A stretch of DNA of 64,000 bases from Eledone cirrhosa (Eukaryota). The stretch spans positions 15,748,001 to 15,812,000 of the forward strand of contig OZ024745.1 of assembly GCA_964016885.1 (NCBI GenBank), given 5' to 3'. Shown here piece by piece: positions 1-14,633 of the stretch (the first letter of the stretch is position 1; every line of letters starts with the position of its first letter). The notes beneath the pieces were generated by a model. That model was not told the origin of the DNA, searched no databases, and saw only the letters and a program-made list of their open reading frames with translations. A program made the translations under genes and the position numbers.

Positions 1-340
1 AGAAATTCATACAATGGTACAATGGTAAACTGGAAGGAAAATGTCATGTTATCATAGAATGAATAGAGGAAAAAATACTGAAGTGAATTGTACAAAATAT
101 TTGATGGGTAGTAGACTTAATAAATAGGATTATATGAACAAACTGTCATGACATGAATAATAAAGAAATATAGAGAAGATAATAAAGAAATATAGAGAAG
201 ATAGAGAAATATAGAAAAGAGATTGTTAGAATAAGTGCATAGACATATTTAAATTATTATAAACTAATTGTCAATATTATTGAACGAGTGATGAGGATGA
301 TCTGTTAAGAAAACACCAAACAAAAAATACAAAGCCTTTC

Positions 341-372
<32 letters not shown>

Positions 373-378
<6 letters not shown>

Positions 379-655
379 TACTTGGGGAGGGTCATATTTG
401 TGTAATATTGCCAGAATTAATAACAGAACACACTCACTGTCTGGTTGGTTTTCGCTTTTCGCTTCTGTGTCTTTTATATCGGTAATTTAATTTAATCGGT
501 CCTAAATGTTGCCATTGACTGACCGACGGTCAAAAATACAGATACAATATAGACAAACACATATATATAGTTTATAAAAGTTCTTTCGTTGCACATCTGC
601 AACATCGTCAGTGGTGCTATTGTTTCCTCCCGTTGCATTGTATTTTCTACGCCAT
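373..655 (+). mobile_element. Probable PLE terminal-repeat (pLTR) fragment, family 'ttgttatacttggggagggtcatat'
   Basis: Near-identical copies at about 11100-11147(-), 16410-16910, 17215-17370, 24770-25255 and 37667-37700, mostly abutting (TA)n. Confidence 0.65.
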
Positions 656-962
656 CTTTATTTAGTCAGTTTATATATTTATTTATTTGTTTATTTTATT
701 CTGTCTTCTTTGCGCATGCGTTTGCGTGTGTGTATAGTGTTTTGTTTGATGTGTGTTCGTGATTGGGTGACTGTGTATTGGTTAATGTATTCTATCTTTA
801 CTAGTGTGTGTTTATATGTGTTTGTTGTTATTGTGATTGTGTATGTATTAATTTATTTATTTATCTATTTATTCATTTATACATCTCTTAGGTCAGTGTT
901 GTTTGTTTGGGTGTTGTTGTTATTCCATTCATTTTTTCTGTTTAGCCTTGGCCTTCTAACTT

Positions 963-1455
963 CTATTTCACTGGCCTCTCTGCTGGGTCATTTCTATGTT
1001 TAGATATGATTCTAATTTCTATGTTGTCTATGTTACCGTCGTGTTGTTGTCTGGCAGGTTCGTATAGTACTGAACCGTTTTTTCGTCCTTTTAGTTCCCC
1101 CCAGTGTTGGTCTATCCTTTCACCTATGCTACGAGCTGTCTCGCCTATGTATGTTGTTGTCATGTTTTTGCAAGTACCCTGTGTACATCTTATGCTATAG
1201 ACTACGTTTCTAGTTTTACAGTTTTTCCGGGGGTTTACCTTACATATGATACATTTCCTATTAGTACAGTGGGTTTTCTTGAAAGGGTAGGTTTTGCTGA
1301 TCAGGGATTTTATGGTGGTTCCTGGCTTTTCTACCACCTTAATCTTTAAGTGGGTCTTTCTCAGGGCCTTTCTACACTGGTTAGATAATTTCCCTCCAGA
1401 GGTAGCGTCCACAAACATGACACTCTGGTATCTCTGGTTGTCGTACCATGAGGTG
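963..1455 (-). mobile_element. Penelope-like element 3' fragment, GIY-YIG endonuclease
   Basis: CTNRKCIIC Cys-rich linker followed by NVVYSIRC...YIGETARSIGERIDQH; truncated at (TA)n. Confidence 0.85.
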
Positions 1456-1468
1456 GCTTTCCCTATCT

Positions 1469-1542
<74 letters not shown>

Positions 1543-1543
<1 letters not shown>

Positions 1544-2447
1544 TGAGAAAGTGGCTTCCTTGTTCAATCATCTTACCATAAGCCTGACTTTATTTATGTA
1601 AGCGGACGGTACTTGATTTAGGAGCCGCAGAAACCCATATACTGGATTTTACCAACCTTCTAGGGGTCCGGGTAAATTTTCAATACCCGAATTACTTGAT
1701 CGTTTTTTGGTTATGCGAATGATTGTTTAACCATCGTTTCAGTGTGTTTGGCCTTTAACGTTTGTTATAGCTCTGGTTCATCTGAATCATTGAGCACTTG
1801 CCGCACATCTCGGAGGTTGTTTTCGTTATTTCGTGGGCCGAAATGCGAATCTCGATAATTTATGTTTGTATTATTCTCCAGACTCTAGCTATTGACCAGT
1901 TAATTTTCTTGATTTTTTAGTTGACTCCATTGACTGATGAATAGCTTATGTTAATTTTAACCCTTCTGTTGAGAACTCTATTCGATTTGTGATGTGTTTG
2001 CATTCTTGCAAAAATATACACAACTGAATTCATTCGCCTGATATAGGGGTTGCCTCCCTTGCCGATCCCCACGTGGGGTCAGCAATAGTCAGTCCTTGTA
2101 TTAACATTGAACTAAAACCTGTTGAGAAAGTGGCTTCCTTGTTCAATCATCTTACCAGAAGCCTGACATTATTTATGTAAGCGGACGGTACTTGATTTAG
2201 GAGCCGCAGAAACCCATATACTGGATTTTACCAACCTTCTAGGGGTCCGGGTAAATTTTCAATACCCGAATTACTTGATCGTTTCTTGGCTATGCGAATG
2301 ATTGTTTAACCATCGTCTCAGTGTGTTTGGCCTTTAACGTTTGTTATAGCTCTGGTTCTTCTGAATCATTGAGCACTTGCCGCACATCTCGGAGGTTGTT
2401 TTTCGTTATTTCGTGGACCGAAATGCGAATCTCGATAATTTATGTTT

Positions 2448-2450
<3 letters not shown>
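1543..2450. repeat. Direct repeat of about 328 bp (1543-1870 and 2121-2450; period about 578 bp) flanked by (TA)n
   Basis: Both copies start ttgagaaagtggcttcc and end ataatttatgtttgt, with few substitutions. Confidence 0.9.
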
Positions 2451-2492
<42 letters not shown>

Positions 2493-2554
2493 TATAGGAA
2501 AATGTTCAGGACCCCGACAACAGAGCTCAAGCCATTTCGACAGCTATTTCTTCG

Positions 2555-2652
<98 letters not shown>

Positions 2653-4392
2653 TGTGTGTATTTTACTCTGTGTATTGTATATGTATGGTGTGTGTATAAT
2701 TTATGTGTATGTCACGTGTATTGTGTCTGGGCATTGTGTGTGTGTGTATTAGTGCTATGCGTTAACATTGAATAAAGGAATTGTTTTTTTATTCCCGGAA
2801 GGACATGATATTTAAAGGGTTAGGTCACATGACTCAGTTTAAACATCTCCAGAGATAATCTATAGGTCAGGGAAAATGTCTTGACCTTCACAAATACTTG
2901 ATTCATTTCGGCTATAAAAACTTAGTGCTAAAGTTTACTACTAAAGGTGAATGTTTTGTTTTTAATTCACATTACTTTTCTTCTTTTAACCTGTATAGAA
3001 TCATGGCTGTTTAGAAGATATGGTGGATGGCTAACAGAATCGGTAGAACGTCAGACGAATTATATTTTATTTTGAGTTCAAAATCAACACAAAATCATTT
3101 TAACTCTTTTGATATGAAATTGCCTGAAACCGCCCCTGATTGAGAACGTAAAGGGACGTAACTATATACCACAAAGCCTGTTGACCGACACTATAATGAC
3201 TCTGCTAATCCGACGCCCTAAAAAATCACTTTAATAATAACAAAGTTAGTCATACCACTAAAACCCTCCAAATTTTTTATTTTCAAAATTATTTGAAAAT
3301 CGTTGGAAGTGTCTTTCGTTGCGTACTCTTGTTCTTCTTCTAAGAATGAAATTGTACTGGTTTCTGTAGAAAAATTCTCAATAATAATAATATGCTAAAA
3401 GGAAGTAAAAGCGGTCGATTTGACTGAGTCGTTAGATCGTTTAAACTTTTGTACTCGGAGTTTAAATCCCGCATAGATTCACTTTGAAGTCGGTAAATCA
3501 GCTGAATACTGGAGCGGTTCTTTCTTCTAGCAGCTGTCACAAGTTGAATGTTACACTGGATCAGGGGTGCGAGGGTCTCGATGGTGGCTGTGTCTGCTCT
3601 CTTCTGTATAGGTACCTAAAATCCTAAGCCAAAACATAATTTCAACTTCCAAGTCACACTCGATTGCAAGTGACAGCCATAGTACATGGGAATAAGGCTA
3701 CACATTCTAAAGTGGAGCGAAGTCAATTTAATCAAGACTATTTGACTATGGTGGCCATTCGTTCGGCATTCTTCCTTTTCAGAGTTTAAGAATAAAATAA
3801 GAAAAACTCCAGGGTTTAACACCATCTATATTTATTTACGTAAAGTTCGGAGCGGGTTCAACTCCAAAGGGGATAATTTCAAGAACTGCTTACATAAAAA
3901 AATAGTTACTCGCTTCCCGGAAACACTAACATTCAGATCTACAGCATGCTCACCTAAACCGATAAATCCCACCTTAGTAATATGTTATAACTTGACAGTG
4001 CTTCATACCTTATTTTACAACATCACTCATTATACCACTCATTCATTTTATATGCACCCCTCCTTACCAAAGACGGGTTTAACACTATTAGATTAACATC
4101 AACACTCTGACCATGAAGATACTGCGTTTATGTCCTCCTGTTGTTTTTCTGATCTTATTCTTTCTTTCTCTACCTTTCCTCTCACTCTACGTAACTCTGA
4201 CCTAATCGTCTGCTCGCTATGTCGATATTCTCGCTATACTTATAGAAAGTAAACATTGACATTCATAGAAAAGCCAATCGTGCTTTACACAGATAAATAT
4301 TTGTAAGTACGACCATGTGTGCGTATATGTGAATGGTTATATAAATATATATTGATAATATATATATATATATATACATTTTTTTTTATATA

Positions 4393-4472
<80 letters not shown>

Positions 4473-4608
4473 GTCCAGAATTAGCCGTCGAAACGGCTTG
4501 AGCTCAGCCGTCGGGGTCCTACTCGTTCCTATTACCCACTCTACTATTCTAAGTTTTGAGTACTTTGGTGCGTTATGGTCCACCTGGTTCCTTACCACAT
4601 TTCCTTCG

Positions 4609-4652
<44 letters not shown>

Positions 4653-4772
4653 GTTATTCCGGGTTGAATCGGAGGTAACCACAGTAAGTAAGGTACTCAA
4701 TACATAGCAGAGTATAACAGTTATAATATAGTTGAGATTCTACAGGACTAGAACTGTTTCATTCATTAGAAA

Positions 4773-4823
4773 AGATTCCTGATGATTTCTAATGAATGAA
4801 ACAGTTCTAGTCCTGTAGAATCT
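4773..4823 (+). ncRNA. Type I hammerhead ribozyme (family A)
   Basis: agattc-CTGATGA-tttctaatgaat-GAA-ACAG ttctagtc CTGT-A-gaatct: 6-bp stem I, 4-bp stem III, GUA site. Second copy at 38788-38838(-). Confidence 0.85.
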
Positions 4824-5831
4824 CATATAACTATATATATATATATATATATGTATATGCAGCCGGATTAAAAGTGGTATCAAAACCAGCATGTGTAGGA
4901 TCAGACTTGAATTTGCACATGACATGGTACTACTTAACACTGCGGGGCGCAGTCGAAACACCGCTCCGACCTCGGTGTAGATTTTGTCACCCTCTCCCCT
5001 TCCCCCTTTATTTCTTCCGTTGCCTAGTAGTCCTTGCTCTTTCCCTCCTTTTCCTCTCAATTATGGCATTTATAGTCTTTTCCTTTATTTTCCTATACAC
5101 CAAGATATGCCCTTCTTTACTCCTTCCCTCCCTTTTTTTTACTTAATTTTGTTTTTATCCTTTTTTTATATTTTCATCATTGTATAACTTTTGTTCAATA
5201 AATACAAGGATTTATAATCTTAACTCTTTGAAAGAAAATCTCTGACATGCACTTGATAGGTTTGCTGCCGAGTGCTGACAGGAATGAAAATAGTTATATA
5301 AAATATAAACGATGTTAAAATTAGTTGAATGAGAAGGCAAACAATGTTACACAACACACACCACACACACGCTCTCTCTCTTTGCCTTCTCTCTCTCTCT
5401 CCCTCACACACACATACTGCCACTCCGTCTGTAATAATTGGTATGACACCTGCAGAATATGAGAACAATAGGGGGATAGGTGGAGGGGGGATAGAGTGAT
5501 AGGAAAATGGGAGAGAGAAGGGGAGAGAAAAATGGTCTAGGGGTAATAAATAACAGTATACTCACTGTCATAGGGAAAAACATGTCTACACTCGTTGACT
5601 TCCTACGTTAATTGTCATCACGCAGACACACACGCACACACACACACACACGGACACACGCGCGAGCGCACACACACAGGCACACACATATACACACGCA
5701 CATACACAGGCACACACACTCACGGACACACACAAACACTCACACACTCACACATAGTAAATATGCTAGAACACAGCGTGCATTAGAAGATTCTAGGTAG
5801 ATATAATATATATATATTAATTCCGCGAAAG

Positions 5832-5902
5832 TACTATACATATTTCCATGGCTCAGCTCTATCATCCGATTATAATGCAGAACTAGGCGATTTCATCAGG
5901 TG
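5832..5902 (-). ncRNA. Degenerate type I hammerhead (family B)
   Basis: cac-CTGATGA-long stem II-GAAA-tatgta-TA-gta; homologous to 49101-49171(+); lies 3' of a PLE RT remnant. Confidence 0.6.
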
Positions 5903-5949
5903 GTATTTGCAGAATGATGTAACAGGATTACTTTTGAGCTCGAACATAG

Positions 5950-6540
5950 AATGGAAGACTCATGCGTTGTTGATGGGACAATTAGGAAGTGTGCATATAT
6001 CGATGTATGTTGGTTGTTGTCTGTGGAACAGTCTCCTCAAAGAGGCCCCCAAATGTATCAGCTGTATATTCAGTCATTCGCTATAGATGGTTTGTCTGAT
6101 GGCAGCTGTCGTTATCTCATTGAAATGTCGCAGCTTTAGGTAGCAAATGTTATCCATAGGGGCACGTATCCTTGTAGTTTTACGTACTGCTGCCGTGGCA
6201 TTTCGGTGTTTGGCGAGAGAAGTAGGGTAGCCCTTTTCGGTGAGAACTCTTTGAAATTCCAAGGTGCTGGAATGTCAGTCGCTACCCTCGCTGCATCTAT
6301 TGCGTATCCGGGGATCTCATTCTGTATATAAACAATTTTGGCCCTGTAGGGGAGTGGGGAGTTGTGGTGTACGAAAATGTCTCTGCAGCAGGCATCCTTC
6401 CTGTAACATTTGGTGTATGCGGATCTCTCGTCTATAACCCTTTGTATAAAGTCAAGTAGAGGGAGGGATCCAATGGTGTCTCGATGTTCAACCTAACATT
6501 TTATGTGTGTGTCAATGTTTTCTAAGATGTAGATCTTGAG
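5950..6540 (-). pseudogene. Degenerate Penelope-like RT C-terminal/linker remnant
   Basis: Minus-strand frames read ...PLLDF...TKCYRK...FVHHNSPLP...K and EFQRVLTEKGYP...YLKL, resembling the PLE FLD/YRKPT/SxHP/NGYP motifs; frameshifted. Confidence 0.6.
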
Positions 6541-6679
6541 AAGAAAGATCCTGGAGAAGAAGGAGCAACGGCAGGTGGGGAGAGTGAAGAAGCCGTCAAG
6601 ATCAACATCTTTGAAAACATTGACGCACACAAAATGTTATATATATATATATATATATAACACGACATCCGCCTACATA

Positions 6680-6730
<51 letters not shown>

Positions 6731-6814
6731 TTATTCCATTACCTAAGGTTTTATGAAACTAGACGATCTTAACATAAACGTCCAGTACACTCATTTATAT
6801 ATATATATATGAAA

Positions 6815-6934
6815 CGATTCAGGACCCCGACGGCTGAGCTCCAGCTAGATCCGTTTCGATAGTTAGATCCGAACTGTTCGGATCTAACTGTCGAAACGGA
6901 TCTAGTTGGAGCTCAGCCGTCGGGGTCCTGAATC
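6815..6934. repeat. Fold-back inverted repeat containing 3' halves of a hammerhead motif
   Basis: gattcaggaccccgacggctgagctc...gagctcagccgtcggggtcctgaatc; relatives at 2505-2550, 4480-4520 and 24412-24552. Confidence 0.85.
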
Positions 6935-7049
6935 TTTTCATATATATATATATATGAATGTACTGGACGTTTTCATATTACCCACTCTACTACCTCAAGT
7001 ATCGAGTACTCTGGTGGGTTATGGTCTAGCTGGTTTTTACCACACCCTA

Positions 7050-7133
<84 letters not shown>

Positions 7134-7270
7134 TTAGAATTGGAGCTCTGAAATAGCAATATATATATGAATGTATATATAATGTATTTTGCAATACACT
7201 TTATGCTTAATTAAAAGCATTTTGAAGACCGTAAGCTATTGTTTTAAAGTAGTGACAAATTCACTCACTT

Positions 7271-7365
7271 TGATCTCAGCAAACAGGGGAGATAAGCCGA
7301 CAAGTCTTGTTTCGCTTTGGTTGAAGCTTATCAAGGCCAACTACCCCACCTGTTTACTGAGATCA
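7271..7365 (-). ncRNA. Extended type I hammerhead, unit 1 (U3-A8 core)
   Basis: ggcc-TTGATAA-gctt caacca aagc-GAA-ACAA gac TTGT-C-ggct inside the long stem tgatctcagtaaacagg/cctgtttgctgagatca; predicted cut between 7299 and 7298. Confidence 0.85.
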
Positions 7366-7586
7366 TTGATGTTATATTCTTATAGAAATCTAGTAAATAA
7401 TCAGGAGCTGATTATGCAGAGCGGTTGTTGGTCAGGCAGAAATTAAAAATTAGAATTGGAGCTCTGAAATAGCAATATATATATGAATGTATATATAATG
7501 TATTTTGCAATACACTTTATGCTTAATTAAAAGCATTTTGAAGACCGTAAGCTATTGTTTTAAAGTAGTGACAAATTCACTCACTT

Positions 7587-7681
7587 TGATCTCAGCAAAC
7601 AGGGGAGATAAGCCGACAAGTCTTGTTTCCCTTTGGTTGAAGCTTATCAAGGCCAACTACCCCACCTGTTTACTGAGATCA
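7587..7681 (-). ncRNA. Extended type I hammerhead, unit 2 (stem II closing pair mutated)
   Basis: Same as unit 1, but 7630 g>c turns the G10.1-C11.1 pair into G.G. Confidence 0.7.
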
Positions 7682-7902
7682 TTGATGTTATATTCTTATA
7701 GAAATCTAGTAAATAATCAGGAGCTGATTATGCAGAGCGGTTGTTGGTCAGGCAGAAATTAAAAATTAGAATTGGAGCTCTGAAATAGCAATATATATAT
7801 GGATGTATATATAATGTATTTTGCAATACACTTTATGCTTAATTAAAAGCATTTTGAAGACCGTAAGCTATTGTTTTAAAGTAGTGACAAATTCACTCAC
7901 TT

Positions 7903-7997
7903 TGATCTCAGCAAACAGGGGAGATAAGCCGACAAGTCTTGTTTCGCTTTGGTTGAAGCTTATCAAGGCCAACTACCCCACCTGTTTACTGAGATCA
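7903..7997 (-). ncRNA. Extended type I hammerhead, unit 3
   Basis: Same motif as unit 1. Confidence 0.85.
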
Positions 7998-8240
7998 TTG
8001 ATGTTATATTCTTATAGAAATCTAGTAAATAATCAGGAGCTGATTATGCAGAGCGGTTGTTGGTCAGGCAGAAATTAAAAATTAGAATTGGAGCTCTGAA
8101 ATAGCAATATATATATGGATGTATATATAATGTATTTTGCAATACACTTTATGCTTAATTAAAAGCATTTTGAAGACCGTAAGCTATTGTTTTAAAGTAG
8201 TGACTAGATTTCTATAAGAATATAACATCAATGATCTCAC

Positions 8241-10817
8241 TACGACGTGGCCAGAGTGCTAGCGTCGAGAACGGCCCTGGGCCAGTTCTTCGACGCGAAA
8301 CACGAAGGCTGCATCGTCCGAAGCAAAATACGTGCTCTGGGAAACGAGGGGACCAAAGCTGTTAGCTGGGCCCGCGTGACAGAAGCCAAAAGGGGGAGCA
8401 GATCCACTATCCGGTCTTTGCGAGACCAGGATGGACGGGTGATCCTTGAACCTAAGCAGATGTGCGAGGCTTTTCAAAAGCACTTTGCCGGATTGTTCGG
8501 AAGGGGCGGGGAGCCGGTTGGGATGTGGACTTCGGTCCATACCTCGACGGCCTGCCGCGTCTCTCGGACAGGGAGGCGAAGTCCTGCGAGGAGCCGATTT
8601 CAGACGCTGAGATAGAGGACGTGCTGAGCCAATGCGGCAAACGCAAATCCCCGGGTCTCGATGGTCTTCCATACGAACTATATCTAGCTATGCCGGACTT
8701 GTTCCCCGATCTCCTCGAGGCGGTCTACTGCAACTGGCAACAGAACGGGAGAATTCCCTGTGCTGTGACCAAGGGCGTAGTCACGCTAGTGAGGAAGGAC
8801 GAGAACAAGGGGGACGATATAAATAATTTCAGGCCCATAACTCTGCTAAATACAGAGTTACAGATTTTGGCCAAGGTGCTAGCAAAGAGGTTGGCGCTTG
8901 TCGTGGGTAACCTGGTGGGAGATGCGCAGACATGTGCTATGCCGTCCAGGTCCATCCACGACAACCTCCACCTCATGCGATACATCATAGAGAGGGTTGG
9001 GAACGAACCCGGCTTTGGTGGGGCCCTGATCAACTTGGATCAATCTAAGGCATTCGATAGGGTCGACCATGGTTACCTGGATGCGGTGCTAGCGGCGGCA
9101 GGCTTCGGACCCGTTTTCAGGGGCTGGATCAATGCCATGCACAGCAGCCGCATCTGCTCTAGGGTCAAGGTGAACGGCTACCTCTCGGAGCCGTTCGAAA
9201 TCGCGCGGTCCATCCGACGGGGGTGCCCTCTCTCCTCCCTTCTGTATGTAGTGACTCTAGAGCCACTGCTGCGGAAGTTGGAGTTGTTGCAGGGCATCCT
9301 GTTGGAACCGGGATTGCGGAAAGCGGTGTCAGCCTACGCCGATGACGTAACAGTAATGGTGTCGATGGCCTCGGAAATCGGGGCGATCGGCACCTTACTG
9401 GAGGAGTACGATAGGTTTACAGGGGCTAAGCTGAACCGGGACAAGTCGATCGGTCTGCAACTCGGCACGTGGAGGGGCAGATCGATGCCCTCGGATGGCG
9501 TCGTCGGGCGCTGGACGGAGGGCCCGGTGAAGTTGCTCGGGGTCTGGTTCGGACCAGACCTCCAGGTGGAGAAGAACTGGGGTGAGGTAACGAACAGGGT
9601 GTTTGCACTGACCCAGAAGTGGGCCGAGTGCAAACTGTCCCTGAAAGGTCGGGCGGAGGTGGCGAACACTTATATAGCGTCCGTCATCTACTACCGCCTG
9701 ACCGTTGTGCCTTGCCCAAGGGAAACGCTCGCCAAAATGGAGCGCGCACTCTTCTAATTCCTTTGGAAGAAGCGGGCTCCTATGGTGAGGAGATCCATCT
9801 GCTGTCAACACCCTTCGAAAGGAGGGCTGGGGATGCCGTGGCTAATGATACGTAAACACGCATTAAGGCTACGGCACCTTCAGGTATTCCTCTCCGGTCA
9901 ACCGGTGTGGGCCCCGTTTGTGAGGCGAGCCTTTCCCAGACTCATCTCACTCACCGAGCTGCAATCCTGGGTCAAGCAAAGACCGAGAAAACTGGGCGCC
10001 TGGCACACCGAGTGTGCCCAGGCGCTCACGGCTCTCTGGCAGGCGGACCCGGCTGTCAGTGGAGAATCCACCTCGTCATTCTATAGAGGGCTGGTGGTTA
10101 GCAGGTGCGACGACGCCCTCGGAGAAGCCCTAGGCATGGAGGAAGACGAACTGGCCAACCTGTTCGGTAGGACATTCAGCCCGGGACCCATGGATAACTT
10201 CCAGAGGTCCCTGGCCTGGCAATGCTACAGAAGGGCTCTGCCCGTTCGAGAAAGGCTCTACAGACACGGGCACCCGGGTAGGGATACCGCCAAAAAGATC
10301 TGTCTCAGATGCGTGTGCGACAAGGAAACCGTTGCACACGCATTGGTACACTGCTCGGGCATTGCCGATCTGTGGGGCTATGTCGAACAACTCTGTCAAT
10401 GGTGGGACCGATCCGGTTGACCACCGAGTCTATTGTAACGATCAAGCCGCCTCCCCTCTTCAAAAACGAAGAAGAGGCGGTGTTTCTGTGCGTAATAGCC
10501 ATGGCGAAAGAGGTTGTATGGTGGACGCCTCTGAAAGGACTGAGGTCAGACACCTTTCTCTCTGGCCAACAACTGGTCCGTTTCTTCCGATATCATTTCG
10601 GAAGAAGGATCAGGATGGAGAGAGAGGTGCTGCACCCCAGCCGTTTTTATGAAAGATGGGTGAAAGTGGCGAGAATGGCCCGTGTGAATGGGCCTTCACT
10701 CTACATCAGACTATAGGTGAGGAAGATGAAAGACCAAGGGAGCACCCTTTCTCTGTGCTCCTGAGGAAAAGGGTTGCACACTTTTTTTCGGGGGTGTGTG
10801 CGACCCCCCAAGGCGTG
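8241..10817 (+). mobile_element. 5'-truncated L1/Tx1-like LINE, ORF2 pseudogene (RT plus C-terminal Cys/His domain)
   Basis: KSPGLDG, FRPITLLN, DQSKAFD, RRGCPLS, YADD, KGGLG, CLRC...ETVAHALVHC; frameshifts near 8515 and 10400, stop at 9755-9757; GC-rich relative to flanks. Confidence 0.95.
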
Positions 10818-10960
10818 ACTGGTACTTTATTTTATCGACCCCATAAGGATGAAAGGCAAAGTTAACCTCGGCGGGATTTGAGCTCAGATCATAAAGAGCC
10901 GTAACTCTATGCTGCAAAGTATGGCGTCTGAACTTCTACCGATACTGCCAATCCACCGCC
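10818..10960 (-). mobile_element. tRNA-derived SINE (family S1), 3'-truncated
   Basis: A-box-like TGGCAGTATCGG and B-box-like GAGCTCAAATCC, then gcctttcatcctta..ggggtcgataaaataaagtaccag. Confidence 0.85.
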
Positions 10961-11141
10961 CTCGAATATTAATAATAACATTCGATTGGCAAAATTCAAA
11001 CAATCTTTCAAAATAAATTAAAAACATATAATTTAAATATTTACCTATCCATGTTGCTTTTACCGACGGTTTCGCCTCACAAAAGATATATATATATATT
11101 AATTCTGGCAATATTACACAAATATGACCCTCCCCAAGTAT

Positions 11142-13056
<1,915 letters not shown>

Positions 13057-13382
13057 TATATAATTCATAAGCATAGCTTTATTAAAGTTTGGGGAAGAAT
13101 TATATATATAGAGAGGGTGTCTCCAAAAATGTATACACATTTGGATTACCTGTACAGGCAATATTAATTAGAATGTTGTTGATGTGTGTATACATTGTTT
13201 TGGATTGCATATATTTTTTTTATTACAATCGATCGAAAAGATCCCAGACCTCATTCGCTTCACGGGTAGGATGGAGCTCGTCAAATCGGACCGAGCAAGC
13301 AATGTTTCCATTGGTCTTTCCAATTGCTAACGCTATCTACCGGTTACAGATCCAGGCAGAATAATATAATATAATATAATAT

Positions 13383-13519
<137 letters not shown>

Positions 13520-13961
13520 ATAAGCATAGCTTTATTAAAGTTTGGTGAAGAAATCTGACATTATTTATTTCGACAGTAAAACAATGGGATAAGTACGAGT
13601 ATTTTATAATAATATTCTGATATCTAAAGACATATTTCTCCCTCACCAGCTTCTCATATATCATTATTACTTCAACTATATTTTAATATGTCTCAGCTTA
13701 TTGAACACTTTCATAAACATGCATTACATTAAAGTACAATAATCGCGCTACATTAATTCAATTTAATAATATTCTCTGGAAACCCCAAGCTCTCCTTCAG
13801 TTTCTAACTCAACGAATACAATTTTTTTCTTTTTTCTTCTAATTTGTTTTCTTTCTACATTAGCTAAGGCAGCCTAAACAAATATAATATTCTTCTTATG
13901 ACACCCCACGGGCCATTTACTATTTCGTGTGGATCATTATATTTTATCGTTTATAACTATA

Positions 13962-14179
13962 TACGAGGGACGTCTGAAAATTTCCTAGGAGAACTATGAA
14001 GGAGTGATGCTGGAGCTGTGAAATCTTGCATGCATTAATTTCAGCTTTTCTTATTAATAACTACATTGTTTCTTTCCAGGGACTATGTAGAAAAATAAAC
14101 CTTATTTGGTCATTCCATGAGAGTATCTTGGTCAGCCTATGAACTTTTCAGACTTCGAACTTTTCCGCTGACCCTCATA
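13962..14179. mobile_element. Mariner-derived MITE remnant
   Basis: Imperfect TIRs tacgagggacgtctgaaaatttc / gaacttttccgctgaccctcata in a TA context. Confidence 0.55.
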
Positions 14180-14469
14180 TATAAGCATAGCTGGGTGGTG
14201 AAGAAGTTAACTTCGCAATAATGAGGTTCCTGTTTCGATCTCATTGAATGGCATCTTTAGCCTCTGGTCGACCCAAGCTTTGTGAGTGAAATTATGTAGG
14301 CGGATGTCGTGTGGGAATTCGTCGAATAGATTGTATCTTTAACTCAGTGGTCCAGTCTTGTCACATATCCAGGGCCGGACTGTCACCTGTTGTGGCCCTA
14401 AGCTATGTAAAATTTTAGGCCCTTCTCTTAAAAAAATTCGGATAAAACAATTTAAAATAATTATACATG

Positions 14470-14506
<37 letters not shown>

Positions 14507-14564
14507 GTAAAAAACCGGGAGTTTATCCGAAGTTGGTTGAACACTCAGTCCAAAGTACGAGTTA

Positions 14565-14633
<69 letters not shown>

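Larger units (their letters stand above)
7126..8204 (-). mobile_element. 316-bp tandem array (about 3.4 units) with one hammerhead per full unit: candidate non-LTR retrozyme
   Basis: Exact 316-bp period, units almost identical; HHR on the minus strand of each full unit; begins in (TA)n and ends with a 37-nt inversion. Confidence 0.85.

Noticed and set aside
7189-8078. Three identical 85-aa ORFs
   Set aside because: By-product of the 316-bp repeat; TTG start, no protein motif, opposite strand to the ribozyme.
13110-13345. Tc1/mariner-like remnant
   Set aside because: Only a weak TIR-like start; not enough support.
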